Shown here: piece by piece, positions 9,474 through 19,764 of the stretch
Position numbering within the stretch: position 1 is the first letter of the stretch
Layout: each line of letters starts with the position of its first letter
Assembly (NCBI GenBank): GCA_963724215.1
Contig: CAVRTZ010000026.1
Span: 11,960-75,959 of the forward strand
Reading direction: 5' to 3'
DNA: 64,000 nt
DNA from: an uncultured Ignavibacteria bacterium
GTDB taxonomy: Bacteria; Bacteroidota; Ignavibacteria; UBA10030; SZUA-254
Notes under the pieces: generated by a model
Databases searched by the model: none
The model's input: the letters and a program-made list of their open reading frames with translations, nothing else
What the model was told of the DNA's origin: nothing
Program-made: the position numbers and the translations under genes

Positions 9474-11081
9474 TCACCGCTGCTCCGGCATGCGTCCTTT
9501 TTCCTTCTCTTTCGCGAGCTGGGCTTCGAGGAGTTTTCGTTCGGCTTCCTGCGCCTGGGCGCGGGCGCGCAGCGCCGCCAGCTCCAGATCGCGCAGGTCG
9601 GTTTCCGGGGCCTCGATCTGAAGCCTACCGGCGGGATTTACGTCGAGCGAGGAGGGTGAATCGATGCCTGTTCCCGCTCCTCCGTCCGCCGCCGGCACGA
9701 CAGTCGTCACGGGACCGTATGATGTCGGGTAGTACGTCGCCTGCATCCAGTGAGCGCCGACCGAGTTCGACGTTCCCGAGACCCAGTATGCGTTTAAAAA
9801 GAATTCGTACGTGCCGACGCCCAGGGCGAAGACCCGATGATTGTGAAAATTCTGCCCATAGAGGCCGGACGGGAGCGCGCTATTCACATATCCCCATTGA
9901 TATGCCGACCCGGGGGTGGCACCCCTTGTCTGGGATACATCCGTCCATAGATTCGATGGCGTACCTGTCGTATGCGAGATATTGAAGAATCCACCTGCCT
10001 GGACGACGACGTAACCGTCCGCGGGGATCGTGATCGTGACCGAGTCCGTCGCGCTCGTCGTGCCGGCTGTCAACGGCGTGAAGGTGAAGGGATGGTGGGA
10101 GGCCAATCCCGGCTCGTTGAGCATCTCGGCCGCGGACACGGCGTCATCGGGGAGCATCGTCGAACTGTCGCCGCTCACCGAAGCGACGGCGAGCCTTCCG
10201 GAAAAATACCCCGCGTAATGCGCCGCACTGTCTTCGGTGGCGGCGAAGAGCGCGTAGTTCTGTGCGCCCCCGTTCGCAAACGCGGCGATCCCCCGATTGG
10301 TCCCGCCGCCTCCAAACACCGTCCCCGCAACTCCGGTATAGGTCGCCATACCGGTGGGGAAGACATACCCGTCGACGCCCCGCCATCCGCCGATGAATTG
10401 TCCGCCGATCCCGTAGTAGTCCAGGGGAATCGACCCCCCGTACACGCCTTTGACGTCCTGGGCGCCTGTCGCCGTGCTCCTTCCCTCGAGGACATTGACA
10501 TAGGTGCTCAACGAATCCGACGTGAAACGTCCGGCGTAGGCGCCGTGCCCTTCCACCGCGAGCCTCGCCTGGGGATTCGGGGTGGCGGTGCCGATCGAGA
10601 CGTTTCCGTACGGGAAATAGAGGTCATACCCCTGAGATTGCCACGGCGCGAGCGAAAAAGCCGAGGCCGCGAGTTGCGTGCGCGGGGTGAAGGTCACCGT
10701 CCCGCTGATTCCGGGGCCCGCGAGGGCTGCGACCTCCAGATAGAGCAACTGACTGAAAATCTCGGGGGGAGGGGTCACCGATCCGAGGCGCACGCTGAAC
10801 ACGCCGTTGGAGACCGGCACACCGATTTGCGTCTCCGTCCAGAGCGACACGCCCCCGCCGAGGACGTTGTACAGGTCAAACCGGAGGGTATAGCTCCCGT
10901 CGGCGGCCGGCGCTCCCGAAGACGTCGTGAGGAGCCCCTGGTACGATATTTCCTTCGGGAAGGGGAGAAATCCGGAGGTCCCGGATGCGGCGTCGCCCCG
11001 GGGAGTCATCCCGTTTTGGCCGAAGAGCGTCACGACCGGAAAGAGGAGCAGGGCGAGCGCCATGGTTGCATACGTCTTCAT
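9474..11081 (-). CDS. Secreted hypothetical protein with a C-terminal charged coiled-coil tail
   Basis: 535-aa ORF with signal peptide MKTYATMALALLLFPVVTLFGQ. The N-terminal segment reads ISYQGLLTTSSGAPAADGSYTLRFDLYNVLGGGVSLWTE...NGVFSVRLG. The C-terminus is LELAALRARAQAQEAERKLLEAQLAKEKEKGR. No family assigned. Confidence 0.5.
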   Translation of the reverse strand: MKTYATMALALLLFPVVTLFGQNGMTPRGDAASGTSGFLPFPKEISYQGLLTTSSGAPAADGSYTLRFDLYNVLGGGVSLWTETQIGVPVSNGVFSVRLGSVTPPPEIFSQLLYLEVAALAGPGISGTVTFTPRTQLAASAFSLAPWQSQGYDLYFPYGNVSIGTATPNPQARLAVEGHGAYAGRFTSDSLSTYVNVLEGRSTATGAQDVKGVYGGSIPLDYYGIGGQFIGGWRGVDGYVFPTGMATYTGVAGTVFGGGGTNRGIAAFANGGAQNYALFAATEDSAAHYAGYFSGRLAVASVSGDSSTMLPDDAVSAAEMLNEPGLASHHPFTFTPLTAGTTSATDSVTITIPADGYVVVQAGGFFNISHTTGTPSNLWTDVSQTRGATPGSAYQWGYVNSALPSGLYGQNFHNHRVFALGVGTYEFFLNAYWVSGTSNSVGAHWMQATYYPTSYGPVTTVVPAADGGAGTGIDSPSSLDVNPAGRLQIEAPETDLRDLELAALRARAQAQEAERKLLEAQLAKEKEKGRMPEQR

Positions 11082-11387
11082 CGGGGGGGTCCTTTCGTGA
11101 TGGTTGGGATGATGCCGGGGGCCGGTCCCGCGGGGTCGTAACGACCGGGTCGGTTGAAGTCAGCGTGAGGGTCATCCTGGTGACGCACAGCGCGGCCGAC
11201 CGGCCCGGGAGTCGTGGCCGGGCGGGATCGGCGGACAATCCGCTGGCGCGGAGGGTGATGTCAATCATCGAAGGGCAGTATACGAACGCCGGTGAAGAAA
11301 ATCAAGCCCTTCGACGGTGTTTTTGCCTTTTATTCGTCGAATGCATAGATTACCAATTATTGTTCGAAGCCTGGAGACGGAATCACG

Positions 11388-12338
11388 ATGCATCCCTACG
11401 TTCGATACTGCCTGGTCCTCTGCGCCGTTATCCTCGCGGGCGCCTCACCGGCACGGGCCGGGTCGGGCGGCACATTCGATTTTCTCCGGACCGACGTCGG
11501 CGCGAGGGCGGGCGCGCTCGGCGGCAGCATCCTCACCGTCGCGGACGACCCGAACCTTCTTTTCTACAATCCCGCGGGAATCGCCACACTTACGCGGCGA
11601 AGGATTTCGATCGGCTATTTCAAACATCTCCTCGACATCAATTCCGCCAACCTCTCCTGGGGCGAGGAAGTCGAAGGTTTCGGCTATCTCGGCGCCGGGG
11701 TCCTGTACATGAGTTACGGGGATTTTCAACGGACGGGCCAGGAAGGGCAGAACCTGGGGACGTTCGGCGCGGGCGAGTTGAGCGTCAGTGTCGCATACGG
11801 AAACGTCCTCACCGACCGGCTCCGCTACGGGATGGCGGTCAAGTTCATCCATTCCTCGATCGCGGAGTACAGCTCGGCCGGGGTCGCTCTAGACCTCGGA
11901 ACCCAATTCACGGTGGTACCGGAACGGGTGGTCCTGGGAGCCTCCCTCCTCCACCTCGGCACGCAGCTCGACCCCTACGCGACGGTGGGGGAAGACCTCC
12001 CGCTCGACCTCCGGGTCGGGGTGGCCCTGTCGCCGGAACACCTGCCCGCGACGTTCGTCGCCGAGGTCCATAAGCTCACCGACGAGCGGGAATCGTTCGC
12101 CGACCATTTCAAGGCGTTCTCGGTCGGCGTTGAATTCACGCTCAGCCCGAACGTCTTCCTCAGGGCGGGATACAACAACGAGCGGAGGCAGGACCTGGAA
12201 CTGGGCGAGGGCACGGGGAGCGGGCTCGCGGGGTTCTCGATCGGGACGGGGATCGCCACCGGCGATTACCAGTTCGATTACGCCTTCACGTCGAACGGCC
12301 CCGTGGGCGCCTTCCACAGGTTTTCCCTCTCCTTCTGA
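11388..12338 (+). CDS. Outer-membrane beta-barrel protein, PorV/PorQ-like (T9SS-associated)
   Basis: 316-aa ORF with a signal peptide. The N-terminal motif is FDFLRTDVGARAGALGGSILTVADDPNLLFYNPAGIA. The alternating beta-strand pattern ends in ...GAFHRFSLSF (terminal aromatic). Family assignment is from memory of PorQ-type sequences and was not searched. Confidence 0.55.
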   Translation: MHPYVRYCLVLCAVILAGASPARAGSGGTFDFLRTDVGARAGALGGSILTVADDPNLLFYNPAGIATLTRRRISIGYFKHLLDINSANLSWGEEVEGFGYLGAGVLYMSYGDFQRTGQEGQNLGTFGAGELSVSVAYGNVLTDRLRYGMAVKFIHSSIAEYSSAGVALDLGTQFTVVPERVVLGASLLHLGTQLDPYATVGEDLPLDLRVGVALSPEHLPATFVAEVHKLTDERESFADHFKAFSVGVEFTLSPNVFLRAGYNNERRQDLELGEGTGSGLAGFSIGTGIATGDYQFDYAFTSNGPVGAFHRFSLSF

Positions 12339-12348
12339 CCCCTCCCGG

Positions 12349-13089
12349 TCAGAGCAGCGTCCCGATCAGCCTCTTGCTGACGTAGAACATCAGCATCCCC
12401 CCGAACACCAGCAGCGGCGTGATCCTGTTCCCCGACCGGTTGATCTCGGGGATGAGGTCGCTCGCGCCGACATACGCCGCCGTCCCGGCGGAGAACCCGA
12501 AGGCGATCCCCGCGGCGGTCTGGCTCACCGATTCCAGGAGGAAGAGCGCCAGGACGCCGAGGACGGTCGCCCCGCCGACGGAGAGCGACGCGTAGAACGC
12601 CCGCCGTCGGTCGTGGTTGGAGGCCAGCATGATCGACGCGATCGTGAGCCCCTCGGGGAGTTTGTGGAGCAGGACGGCGATGAAGATCAGGACGCCGATG
12701 GCCGTGTCGAACCTCAGCCCCGCGGAGATCGCCAGGCCGTCGAAGAACGCGTGGACCATCAGGCCGAAGAGCGCCGAGAGCGAGGCGGTCCTGGAAATCA
12801 TGACGTCCCTGTGTGTCTCCTCCCCGAAGTGAAGGTGCCCCACGATCGTGTGCTCGAAGAAGTGGAGCATGGAATACCCGGCGAGGAAACAGAGCGACGC
12901 CGTTTCGCCGAGGAGCGTGAGGCTCTCCGGGATGAGTTCGAAGAAAGCGAGGGCGAGGAGGAATCCGGCGCTCAGCGCGAGGAGGTGTTCCTGGACCTTC
13001 CGGGGCCATTCCTTCCGCAGGCTCACGAGGGCGCCGCCGAACACTTCCGCGGCCGCCGCGATGAGCCCGAAGATGAGCGCGGAGATCAC
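12349..13089 (-). CDS. ZIP family divalent-metal transporter
   Basis: 246-aa polytopic ORF with ZIP signatures: a His-rich loop HFGEETHRD, GLMVHAFFDGLAI and LLHKLPEGLTIAS. Confidence 0.8.
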   Translation of the reverse strand: MISALIFGLIAAAAEVFGGALVSLRKEWPRKVQEHLLALSAGFLLALAFFELIPESLTLLGETASLCFLAGYSMLHFFEHTIVGHLHFGEETHRDVMISRTASLSALFGLMVHAFFDGLAISAGLRFDTAIGVLIFIAVLLHKLPEGLTIASIMLASNHDRRRAFYASLSVGGATVLGVLALFLLESVSQTAAGIAFGFSAGTAAYVGASDLIPEINRSGNRITPLLVFGGMLMFYVSKRLIGTLL

Positions 13090-13096
13090 GGCGGAT

Positions 13097-14356
13097 TCAC
13101 GATTTCACGTACGGAGTGTTCTTGTACCGGCGGGCCTGATCGTGGGCCGACTGGTAGTCCTTCAGATCCAGGACCTTGTCGTACTGCTTCAGGGCAAGCT
13201 CGCGTTTTCCCTGCAGGTCGTAGATCATCCCGATCTTCAGGTTGGCCAGCGTCATGAAACCGCTCAGTTTCTCCGCGTCGAGCGACCGCGAGAGCTCGTC
13301 GCACCGGTACAGGTTTGACAGGGCGCTGTCGAGCGCCCCGTTCTGCATCCCGATGGTGCCGAGGTAGTAGCGGCTCTCCCGCTCCACGATCGCGCCGTAC
13401 CCGAGCTTCCCCTCGCGCACCCGGCGCGTGATCTCGGTGAAGGTCGCCGCGGCGGAGTCCCAGGCCCCGAGCGCGGCCGCCGTCCTGCCGGCGTACCGGT
13501 GGAAGAGGGGATTGTCGGGATACCTCCGGTGCAGATCGGCCGCGATCAGCCCGGCTTCCGGATACTGTTTCTCGAACGTGTAGAGGATCTGGAGGAGGAA
13601 ATACGACGCCTCGGTCCCGGCGTACCTGGCCTGGCGCGAGGCGCGCCGCAGCTGTTCGAGCCCCTTCGCCTTGTCCCCCTCGGGGAAAAAAAGCATCAGC
13701 GGCTTGACGAACGGGTACATCTCGGGGACGATCGCCGCGTAGTAGTTGTAGATCCCCATGCCGAAGAGCACGTCCTCATTCTCGGGGGCGAGGCGGTAGG
13801 TTTCCTGGACGATCGGCAGCGCGTTGCGTCCGCTGTTGGCCGCCTTGATCCAGTCCTCCCTGTTCCCGTGGAGCCGCCCCTGGAAGCCGAGCGCGCCACC
13901 CTTGAAGAAGAGGGCGGCGACGTCCTTTTCATCCTGTTCGAGCCTCCGGTCGCAGATCTCGATGACGCCGTCGAGCATCCCGATGAAATTCCCGTCGTAC
14001 GCGGTGTTCTCGATGTCGGCCATGATGCGCCACCACTCCACCGCGGCGAGGAAGAAATGACCGGCGGGGTGGTCGGGGTGGTTCGCGATCACGGCCCGGA
14101 ATTCCGTCCGCGCACTGTCGAACTGGAGGTTGTAGATATGGTCGATGCCGGCGCGGGTGAGCGCCTCGCTGGCGGAATCGCCGAGCCACTGAGCGCGGAG
14201 AGCGCCGCCGGAGGGGACGGCGGTCAGCGCCAGCAGGACCCACAGCGTCGCGCGGCGCCCGAACGGTCGCAGCCGCGCGGCGAGGCGGGCGAACGAGAAG
14301 GGCACATCCGGTGAAAGGGATGTGCCCCGATGCGTGACTGGCCTCGAGTCGGTCAT
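13097..14356 (-). CDS. Tetratricopeptide-repeat protein
   Basis: 419-aa ORF with an N-terminal signal/anchor and helical TPR-like repeats (...YYLGTIGMQNGALDSALSNLYRC..., LANLKIGMIYDLQGKRELALKQYDKVL). It overlaps the upstream OmpA-family gene by 4 nt. Confidence 0.6.
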   Translation of the reverse strand: MTDSRPVTHRGTSLSPDVPFSFARLAARLRPFGRRATLWVLLALTAVPSGGALRAQWLGDSASEALTRAGIDHIYNLQFDSARTEFRAVIANHPDHPAGHFFLAAVEWWRIMADIENTAYDGNFIGMLDGVIEICDRRLEQDEKDVAALFFKGGALGFQGRLHGNREDWIKAANSGRNALPIVQETYRLAPENEDVLFGMGIYNYYAAIVPEMYPFVKPLMLFFPEGDKAKGLEQLRRASRQARYAGTEASYFLLQILYTFEKQYPEAGLIAADLHRRYPDNPLFHRYAGRTAAALGAWDSAAATFTEITRRVREGKLGYGAIVERESRYYLGTIGMQNGALDSALSNLYRCDELSRSLDAEKLSGFMTLANLKIGMIYDLQGKRELALKQYDKVLDLKDYQSAHDQARRYKNTPYVKS

Positions 14357-15027
14357 TTAATCTGGTTCTTCTCCGCCGCGTCCTTGAGGTCCTCGTTCGC
14401 GAAGATCGCGATCTCCACCCGGCGGTTCGCCTGGCGGCCGTCGGCCGTGCTGTTGGAGAGCACCGGCCGCGCCTCGCCGTAGCCGAGGGTGGTGAACCGG
14501 TCGCTCCTGACGCCCCGCGACCTGGCGAAGGTCGCGACGCTTGCCGCGCGACGCTCGGAGAGCTGCTGGTTGTATTCGGCCGTTCCGGTCGAATCGGTGT
14601 GGCCCTCGACCAGGATGTTGGTGTCGTCGTATTTCTGAAGGATCATGGCGAGTTTCGCGATGTTCTCCCCGGCGGCGGGTTGCAGGTCCGAAGAGTTCGT
14701 CGCGAAGAGGATCCCCGACTGGAAGGTGATCTTGATCCCCTCGCCGATCCGTTCGATCTTCGCGCCTTCGATGTCCCGCTGCATCTCGGCGGCCTGCTCG
14801 TCCATGTAGTTCCCGATCAGCGCGCCGGCGGTCCCGCCGATCACGGCGCCGATGATGACGCCGGCGGCCGTGTTCCCGGCCGCGTTCCCGATGATGCCGC
14901 CGAGGACGCCGCCGGCGGCCGCCCCGATGGCGCCGCCCTGGACGGTCTTGCTGGTGCCGCACCCGTTGATCACCGGCATCAGCGCGATGGCCGCCACCAG
15001 CAGCGCCGCAACGATGTTCCTCGCCAT
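14353..15027 (-). CDS. OmpA family lipoprotein with an N-terminal glycine-zipper region
   Basis: 224-aa ORF with lipobox INGCG and a Gly-zipper GAIGAAAGGVLGGIIGNAAGNTAAGVIIGAVIGG. The OmpA C-like motifs are FATNSSDL...VEGHTDSTG..YNQQLSERRA...GYGEARP...NRRVEI. Confidence 0.85.
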   Translation of the reverse strand: MARNIVAALLVAAIALMPVINGCGTSKTVQGGAIGAAAGGVLGGIIGNAAGNTAAGVIIGAVIGGTAGALIGNYMDEQAAEMQRDIEGAKIERIGEGIKITFQSGILFATNSSDLQPAAGENIAKLAMILQKYDDTNILVEGHTDSTGTAEYNQQLSERRAASVATFARSRGVRSDRFTTLGYGEARPVLSNSTADGRQANRRVEIAIFANEDLKDAAEKNQIK

Positions 15028-15054
15028 GGTGGACCGCTCCTTCCCGGAAAAGTG

Positions 15055-16542
15055 CTAGGCGCCCTGCAGTTTGTCGTTAAGATAGGAAAGAACCTTCTGA
15101 CTCGCAACACGTTCCTGGACCATCGAGTCCCGCTCCCTGACGGTGACGGTCTGGTCCTGCAGACTCTGCGAATCGACGGTGATGCAGAAGGGCGTGCCGA
15201 TCTCGTCCTGTCTCCGGTACCGCCGCCCGACGGCGCCGCTGTCATCGTAAAAGGTCTGGTGGTGGGGGCGGAGGTCCTCCTCGATCTTCCTCGCCACCTC
15301 CGGCATGCCGTCCCGGTTGACGAGCGGGAAGACCGCGGCCTTCATCGGCGCGAGCTTCGGGTGGAGTTTCAGCACCACGCGGAGCTCCGAGGCGCCCTCG
15401 GACGTCGGGGCCTCCTCCTCCCGGTACGCGTTGACCAGGAACGCCATGAACGACCGGCTCGCGCCGGCGGACGTTTCGATGATGTAGGGCGTGTACTTCT
15501 CCTTCGATTCCTCGTCGAAGTACTTCAGGCTTTTCCCCGAGAACTGCTCGTGCCGCGAGAGGTCGAAATCGGTCCGGTTGTGGATGCCCTCGATTTCACC
15601 CCAGCCGAAGGGAAAATTGTACTCGATGTCGTACGCGTCCTTGGCGTAGTGGGCGAGCTTGCCCGCCTCGTGACGGTGCCAGCGGAGCCTGTCCTTCTCC
15701 ATCCCGAGCGATTCGAACCAGCGCAGCCGTTCGCCGCGCCAGTACTCGAACCACTCGTCGTCGGTGCCCGGTTTGACGAAGAACTGCATTTCCATCTGTT
15801 CGAACTCGCGCGTCCGGAAGAGGAAGTTCTTGGTGTTGATCTCGTTGCGGAACGCCTTCCCGATCTGGGCGATGCCGAAGGGGATTTTCTGCCGGCTCCC
15901 CGACTGCACGTTGAGAAAATTCACGAAGATCCCCTGCGCCGTTTCCGGCCGGAGGTAGACCACCGCGCTCGAATCCTCCACCGGACCGACGAACGTCTTG
16001 AACATCAGGTTGAAGGTGCGCGCCTCGGTGAACGTCTCTTTGTTGCCGCACGACGGGCAGGTGAGCATCTTGAGGACGGTGGAGGGGTCGGCCTCCGCGC
16101 GCTTCGCGAACTCGTCGGCCACCACGTCGTCGGAGAGCTGCCCCGCGAACCGCGCCGGTTCGACCGCCCGGAGGATCTCCTTCCTTTTTTTGAGGGAGGT
16201 CTCGTCGAACAGAATGTCGAGGCGGAACCTCGCCTTGCACTGCCTGCAGTCGACCATCGGGTCGGTGAAGTTCTCGACGTGGCCGGACGCCTCCCAGACC
16301 TTCGGGTGCATCAGGATCGCCGCGTCCAGCCCCTCGACGTTGCTGCGCCTGGTCATCTCGTTCCACCACGCGCTCTTGACGTTCCTCAGGAGCTCGACGC
16401 CGAGCGGGCCGTAGTCCCACGCCCCGTTCAGGCCGCCGTAGATTTCGCTCGACTGGAAGATGAACCCCCGACGCTTGCAGAGGGAGACGAGCTTCTCCAT
16501 GAGGCCCTGCGTTCCCTGTTGTCCCGGTGTGTTTTTTGCCAT
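15055..16542 (-). CDS. glyQS: Glycine--tRNA ligase (homodimeric class II type)
   Basis: 495-aa ORF: LCKRRGFIFQSSEIYGGLNGAWDYGPLGVELLRNVK..., FRNEI..R..LFRTREFEQMEMQFF, GWGEIEGIHNRTDFDL. Confidence 0.92.
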   Translation of the reverse strand: MAKNTPGQQGTQGLMEKLVSLCKRRGFIFQSSEIYGGLNGAWDYGPLGVELLRNVKSAWWNEMTRRSNVEGLDAAILMHPKVWEASGHVENFTDPMVDCRQCKARFRLDILFDETSLKKRKEILRAVEPARFAGQLSDDVVADEFAKRAEADPSTVLKMLTCPSCGNKETFTEARTFNLMFKTFVGPVEDSSAVVYLRPETAQGIFVNFLNVQSGSRQKIPFGIAQIGKAFRNEINTKNFLFRTREFEQMEMQFFVKPGTDDEWFEYWRGERLRWFESLGMEKDRLRWHRHEAGKLAHYAKDAYDIEYNFPFGWGEIEGIHNRTDFDLSRHEQFSGKSLKYFDEESKEKYTPYIIETSAGASRSFMAFLVNAYREEEAPTSEGASELRVVLKLHPKLAPMKAAVFPLVNRDGMPEVARKIEEDLRPHHQTFYDDSGAVGRRYRRQDEIGTPFCITVDSQSLQDQTVTVRERDSMVQERVASQKVLSYLNDKLQGA

Positions 16543-16653
16543 ACGATGATCGCGTCCAAAATGTCTGAAAGTGTCAGTCCAACGGGTCGAAGCCGCCCGT
16601 CCCTCACCGCCCGGCGGGCTTCCGTGAAGCGAATAATATAAAAAATCCCGGAA

Positions 16654-17135
16654 TTATGTGGCGACCCGGGGTTGACGGCCGCCGGGGGGGGTGTTGCGGA
16701 TGATTTTTTTAAGGATGACGGTGTGGACGATGCGGCCGTCGAGCTCGAGATGGATGGTGACGATGTGGAGGCGGAGATTCTCGGACGCGACGGCACGCGC
16801 GCCGCTGCGGCGCGCCATCGCGTTGAGCGCGGCGTTGACGCTCACCGGGACGACGCTGTCGGAGATCGCGACGAGGCGTTCCGTGCGTGTGAAGCCTTCG
16901 GCGGCGATCTCGTAGGACCGCTTTTTCACGGAGGCGGGAGGGACGTCGAACCCCGCGAGGACCGAGTCGATCCCGGTGTCGAGGCGGGCGATCGTCGCGA
17001 GCCGTTCCTTCGGGTCCGGCGCCGCGGGTCCGGAGGGCGGTTGTTCGCCGCGCCCGAGGAGGAAGACGACGAGCAGGACGCCGGCCACGAGGATCGATCC
17101 GGCGATCCTGACCGCGAGGCCCGACCGGGACATTG

Positions 17136-17139
<4 letters not shown>
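16654..17139 (-). CDS. Hypothetical membrane-anchored protein
   Basis: 161-aa ORF with one N-terminal TM helix (IAGSILVAGVLLVVFLL). It overlaps the upstream hydratase gene by 4 nt. No recognisable motif. Confidence 0.4.
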
Positions 17140-17920
<781 letters not shown>

Positions 17921-17977
17921 TGGGGGGATGTGATGTCGTGGATGACCTGTTGATTGAGCGTCGCCGCCGGGATGCGC

Positions 17978-18917
17978 TCATCGTTTGCGTTTCCCCCCGG
18001 CGCCGCGCAGGGCACTCCGGAAGGACGCGAGGAGTTCGTCGTACGTCGCGCGCGGGAGTTTTCCCTTCGCGACGGCGATACGCGCCACTTCCAGGGCGCC
18101 GATAGTATACAGCGGAATAAATTCCGGTGCAAATTTTTCCAGCGCGCCGAGATGCGCGCCGATCGTCTCCGTGTCGCCCCGCAGCACCGGACCGGTCAGC
18201 GCTTCCGCGGCGGAGGCCCGGACCGTGTTATCCATCGTGGCGGTCATCAGGGGGCCGAAGACCTCGGTCCAGGGGAGGGGGAGTCCGCGCGGCGCGCGAC
18301 AGCGTGGAGACCGCGTGCATCACCACGGCGAGGTAGCCGGAGGCGAAGACGCACGCCGCATGGTAGAGCGGACGCATTTCCGGAGGGACGGCGAGCGGTT
18401 TCCCCCCCAGGACGGTGGCGAGCCGCCCGGCGACTTCCACCGCGGCCTCATCGCCGTCGATCCCGAAATAGATGCCGCGGACCGACGCGCGGAGGCGCGC
18501 TGCGCCGGAGCCCGCGGGAAATGTCTGCAGGGGATGAAACGACGCGACCGAGGCGCCCGCCTTCCGCAGCGGGGAGAGGAGTTCGGCCGAATGGACGCCG
18601 GAGGTATGGAGCACCGTCCGGCCCCTGAGTTTCAGTCCCCGGACGGCGGCCAGGGAGCGGACCGCCCCCTTCAGCTCGGAGTCCCTGACCGCTATGATGA
18701 TGACGTCCGCCGTCCGGTCGATGTCGGCGATCTCCGTCGAGGCGCGCGCGCAGGAAACGCTCCGGGCCAGCGCGACGGCGGCCGGTCCGTTCCGGCTGAT
18801 GACGCTGAGGATCCGGTGCCCCTCCTTCGCGAGGAGGGAGACGAGCGTCGTCCCGACGACGCCGGCGCCGATCAACGAGACCGACGGCTGCTGCTTTTTC
18901 ACGTCCCGTCGCTTCAC
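17978..18917 (-). pseudogene. Rossmann-fold oxidoreductase-like protein with DUF2520 C-terminal domain, one frameshift as assembled
   Basis: ORF 18228-18917 gives the N-terminal part (SLIGAGVVGTTL...HAACVFASGYLAVVMHAVSTLSRAA). The sequence continues in another frame as GLPLPWTEVFGPLMTATMDNTVRASAAEALTGPVLRGD... (ORF 17978-18247). The junction near 18285-18295 is explained by one extra base in a GC-alternating run. Confidence 0.65.
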
Positions 18918-19747
18918 GACGCCACCGCGACGGCGGAAACGTAGCCGACGACGGAGGATGCGTCACCCCCGGTGTCGCCCGAATTGCACCGGCGCCTCAC
19001 GATCACCCTGTCGGCGCCGGCGGCCGAAGCCGCCGAGAGCGCCGCGACGACCGGGCCTCCTCCGCACGCCTCGAGGCTCCCGTCTTCGAGGCCCTCCATG
19101 ATCCCCGCGTGATCGAACCGCTCCAGCAGCGCGATGAAACGGCCGTCGATGCGCCGCGCGACGGGGGCGGGGTGGTAATGCGAGAGATCGGTGCTCGCCA
19201 CGATCAGGGCCTTCCGGCCCGCGAGGGACGCGGCAAGTTTCTTCCCGAGATGGCGGCAGAGGGCGGCCCGCTGATCGCCCATGACGACAGGGAGGAACGG
19301 GACAGGGCCGAAGAGCGTGATGATGAACGGAAGCTGGACCTCGATGGCGTGTTCGCCGCGGTGTCCGGCTTCGGAGACCGTGATAACGTCGTCTCCGGCG
19401 GTGAGCGCCCGGCGCAAATCCCCGTCGACGGGCAGCTCGCCCAGGGGTGTCGCATAGGACTTCCCCGGATAGACGGAGATCCCGTCGAAATATTCCCGGT
19501 GGCTGGGCGAAATGACGATGACCGTGTCGAACGTTCCCGAGCGGACGGCGTTGTACCCCTCGGCGGCCGTGAGGCCGGAGTACCGGTAACCGGCGTGGGG
19601 ACTGATGAGCGCGACGGGGATGCCCGCCGGGATCTCCGGCGAGCATTGCCCGAAGAAATCCCCGATCTCCCGGGCCAGCGCGCGGGGGTCCGCGGCGTAG
19701 AATTGTCCCGCGACCGCCGGCGGGCGGACTGCGTCGTGCGCGGTCAT
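18914..19747 (-). CDS. amrB: AmmeMemoRadiSam system protein B (MEMO1-like)
   Basis: From the ATG at 19747: MTAHDAVRPPAVAGQFYAADPRALAREI...ALISPHAGYRYSG...STDLSHYH...ACGGGPV. The upstream 54 codons of track ORF 18914-19909 overlap the amrA 3' end and are not coding. Confidence 0.8.
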   Translation of the reverse strand: MTAHDAVRPPAVAGQFYAADPRALAREIGDFFGQCSPEIPAGIPVALISPHAGYRYSGLTAAEGYNAVRSGTFDTVIVISPSHREYFDGISVYPGKSYATPLGELPVDGDLRRALTAGDDVITVSEAGHRGEHAIEVQLPFIITLFGPVPFLPVVMGDQRAALCRHLGKKLAASLAGRKALIVASTDLSHYHPAPVARRIDGRFIALLERFDHAGIMEGLEDGSLEACGGGPVVAALSAASAAGADRVIVRRRCNSGDTGGDASSVVGYVSAVAVAS

Positions 19748-19764
19748 CGCGGCTCCCGCACGGT

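Noticed and set aside
14599-16641. A 680-aa ORF opposite glyQS and the OmpA gene. Similar long antisense ORFs exist elsewhere (for example 5241-6776, 23750-25243, 25758-26834, 41156-42742, 42986-44824, 57951-59273 and 61542-62777).
   Set aside because: All lie opposite genes with unmistakable conserved products. They have Arg/Pro/Gly/Asp-rich, stop-poor translations expected from high GC content and show no motifs.
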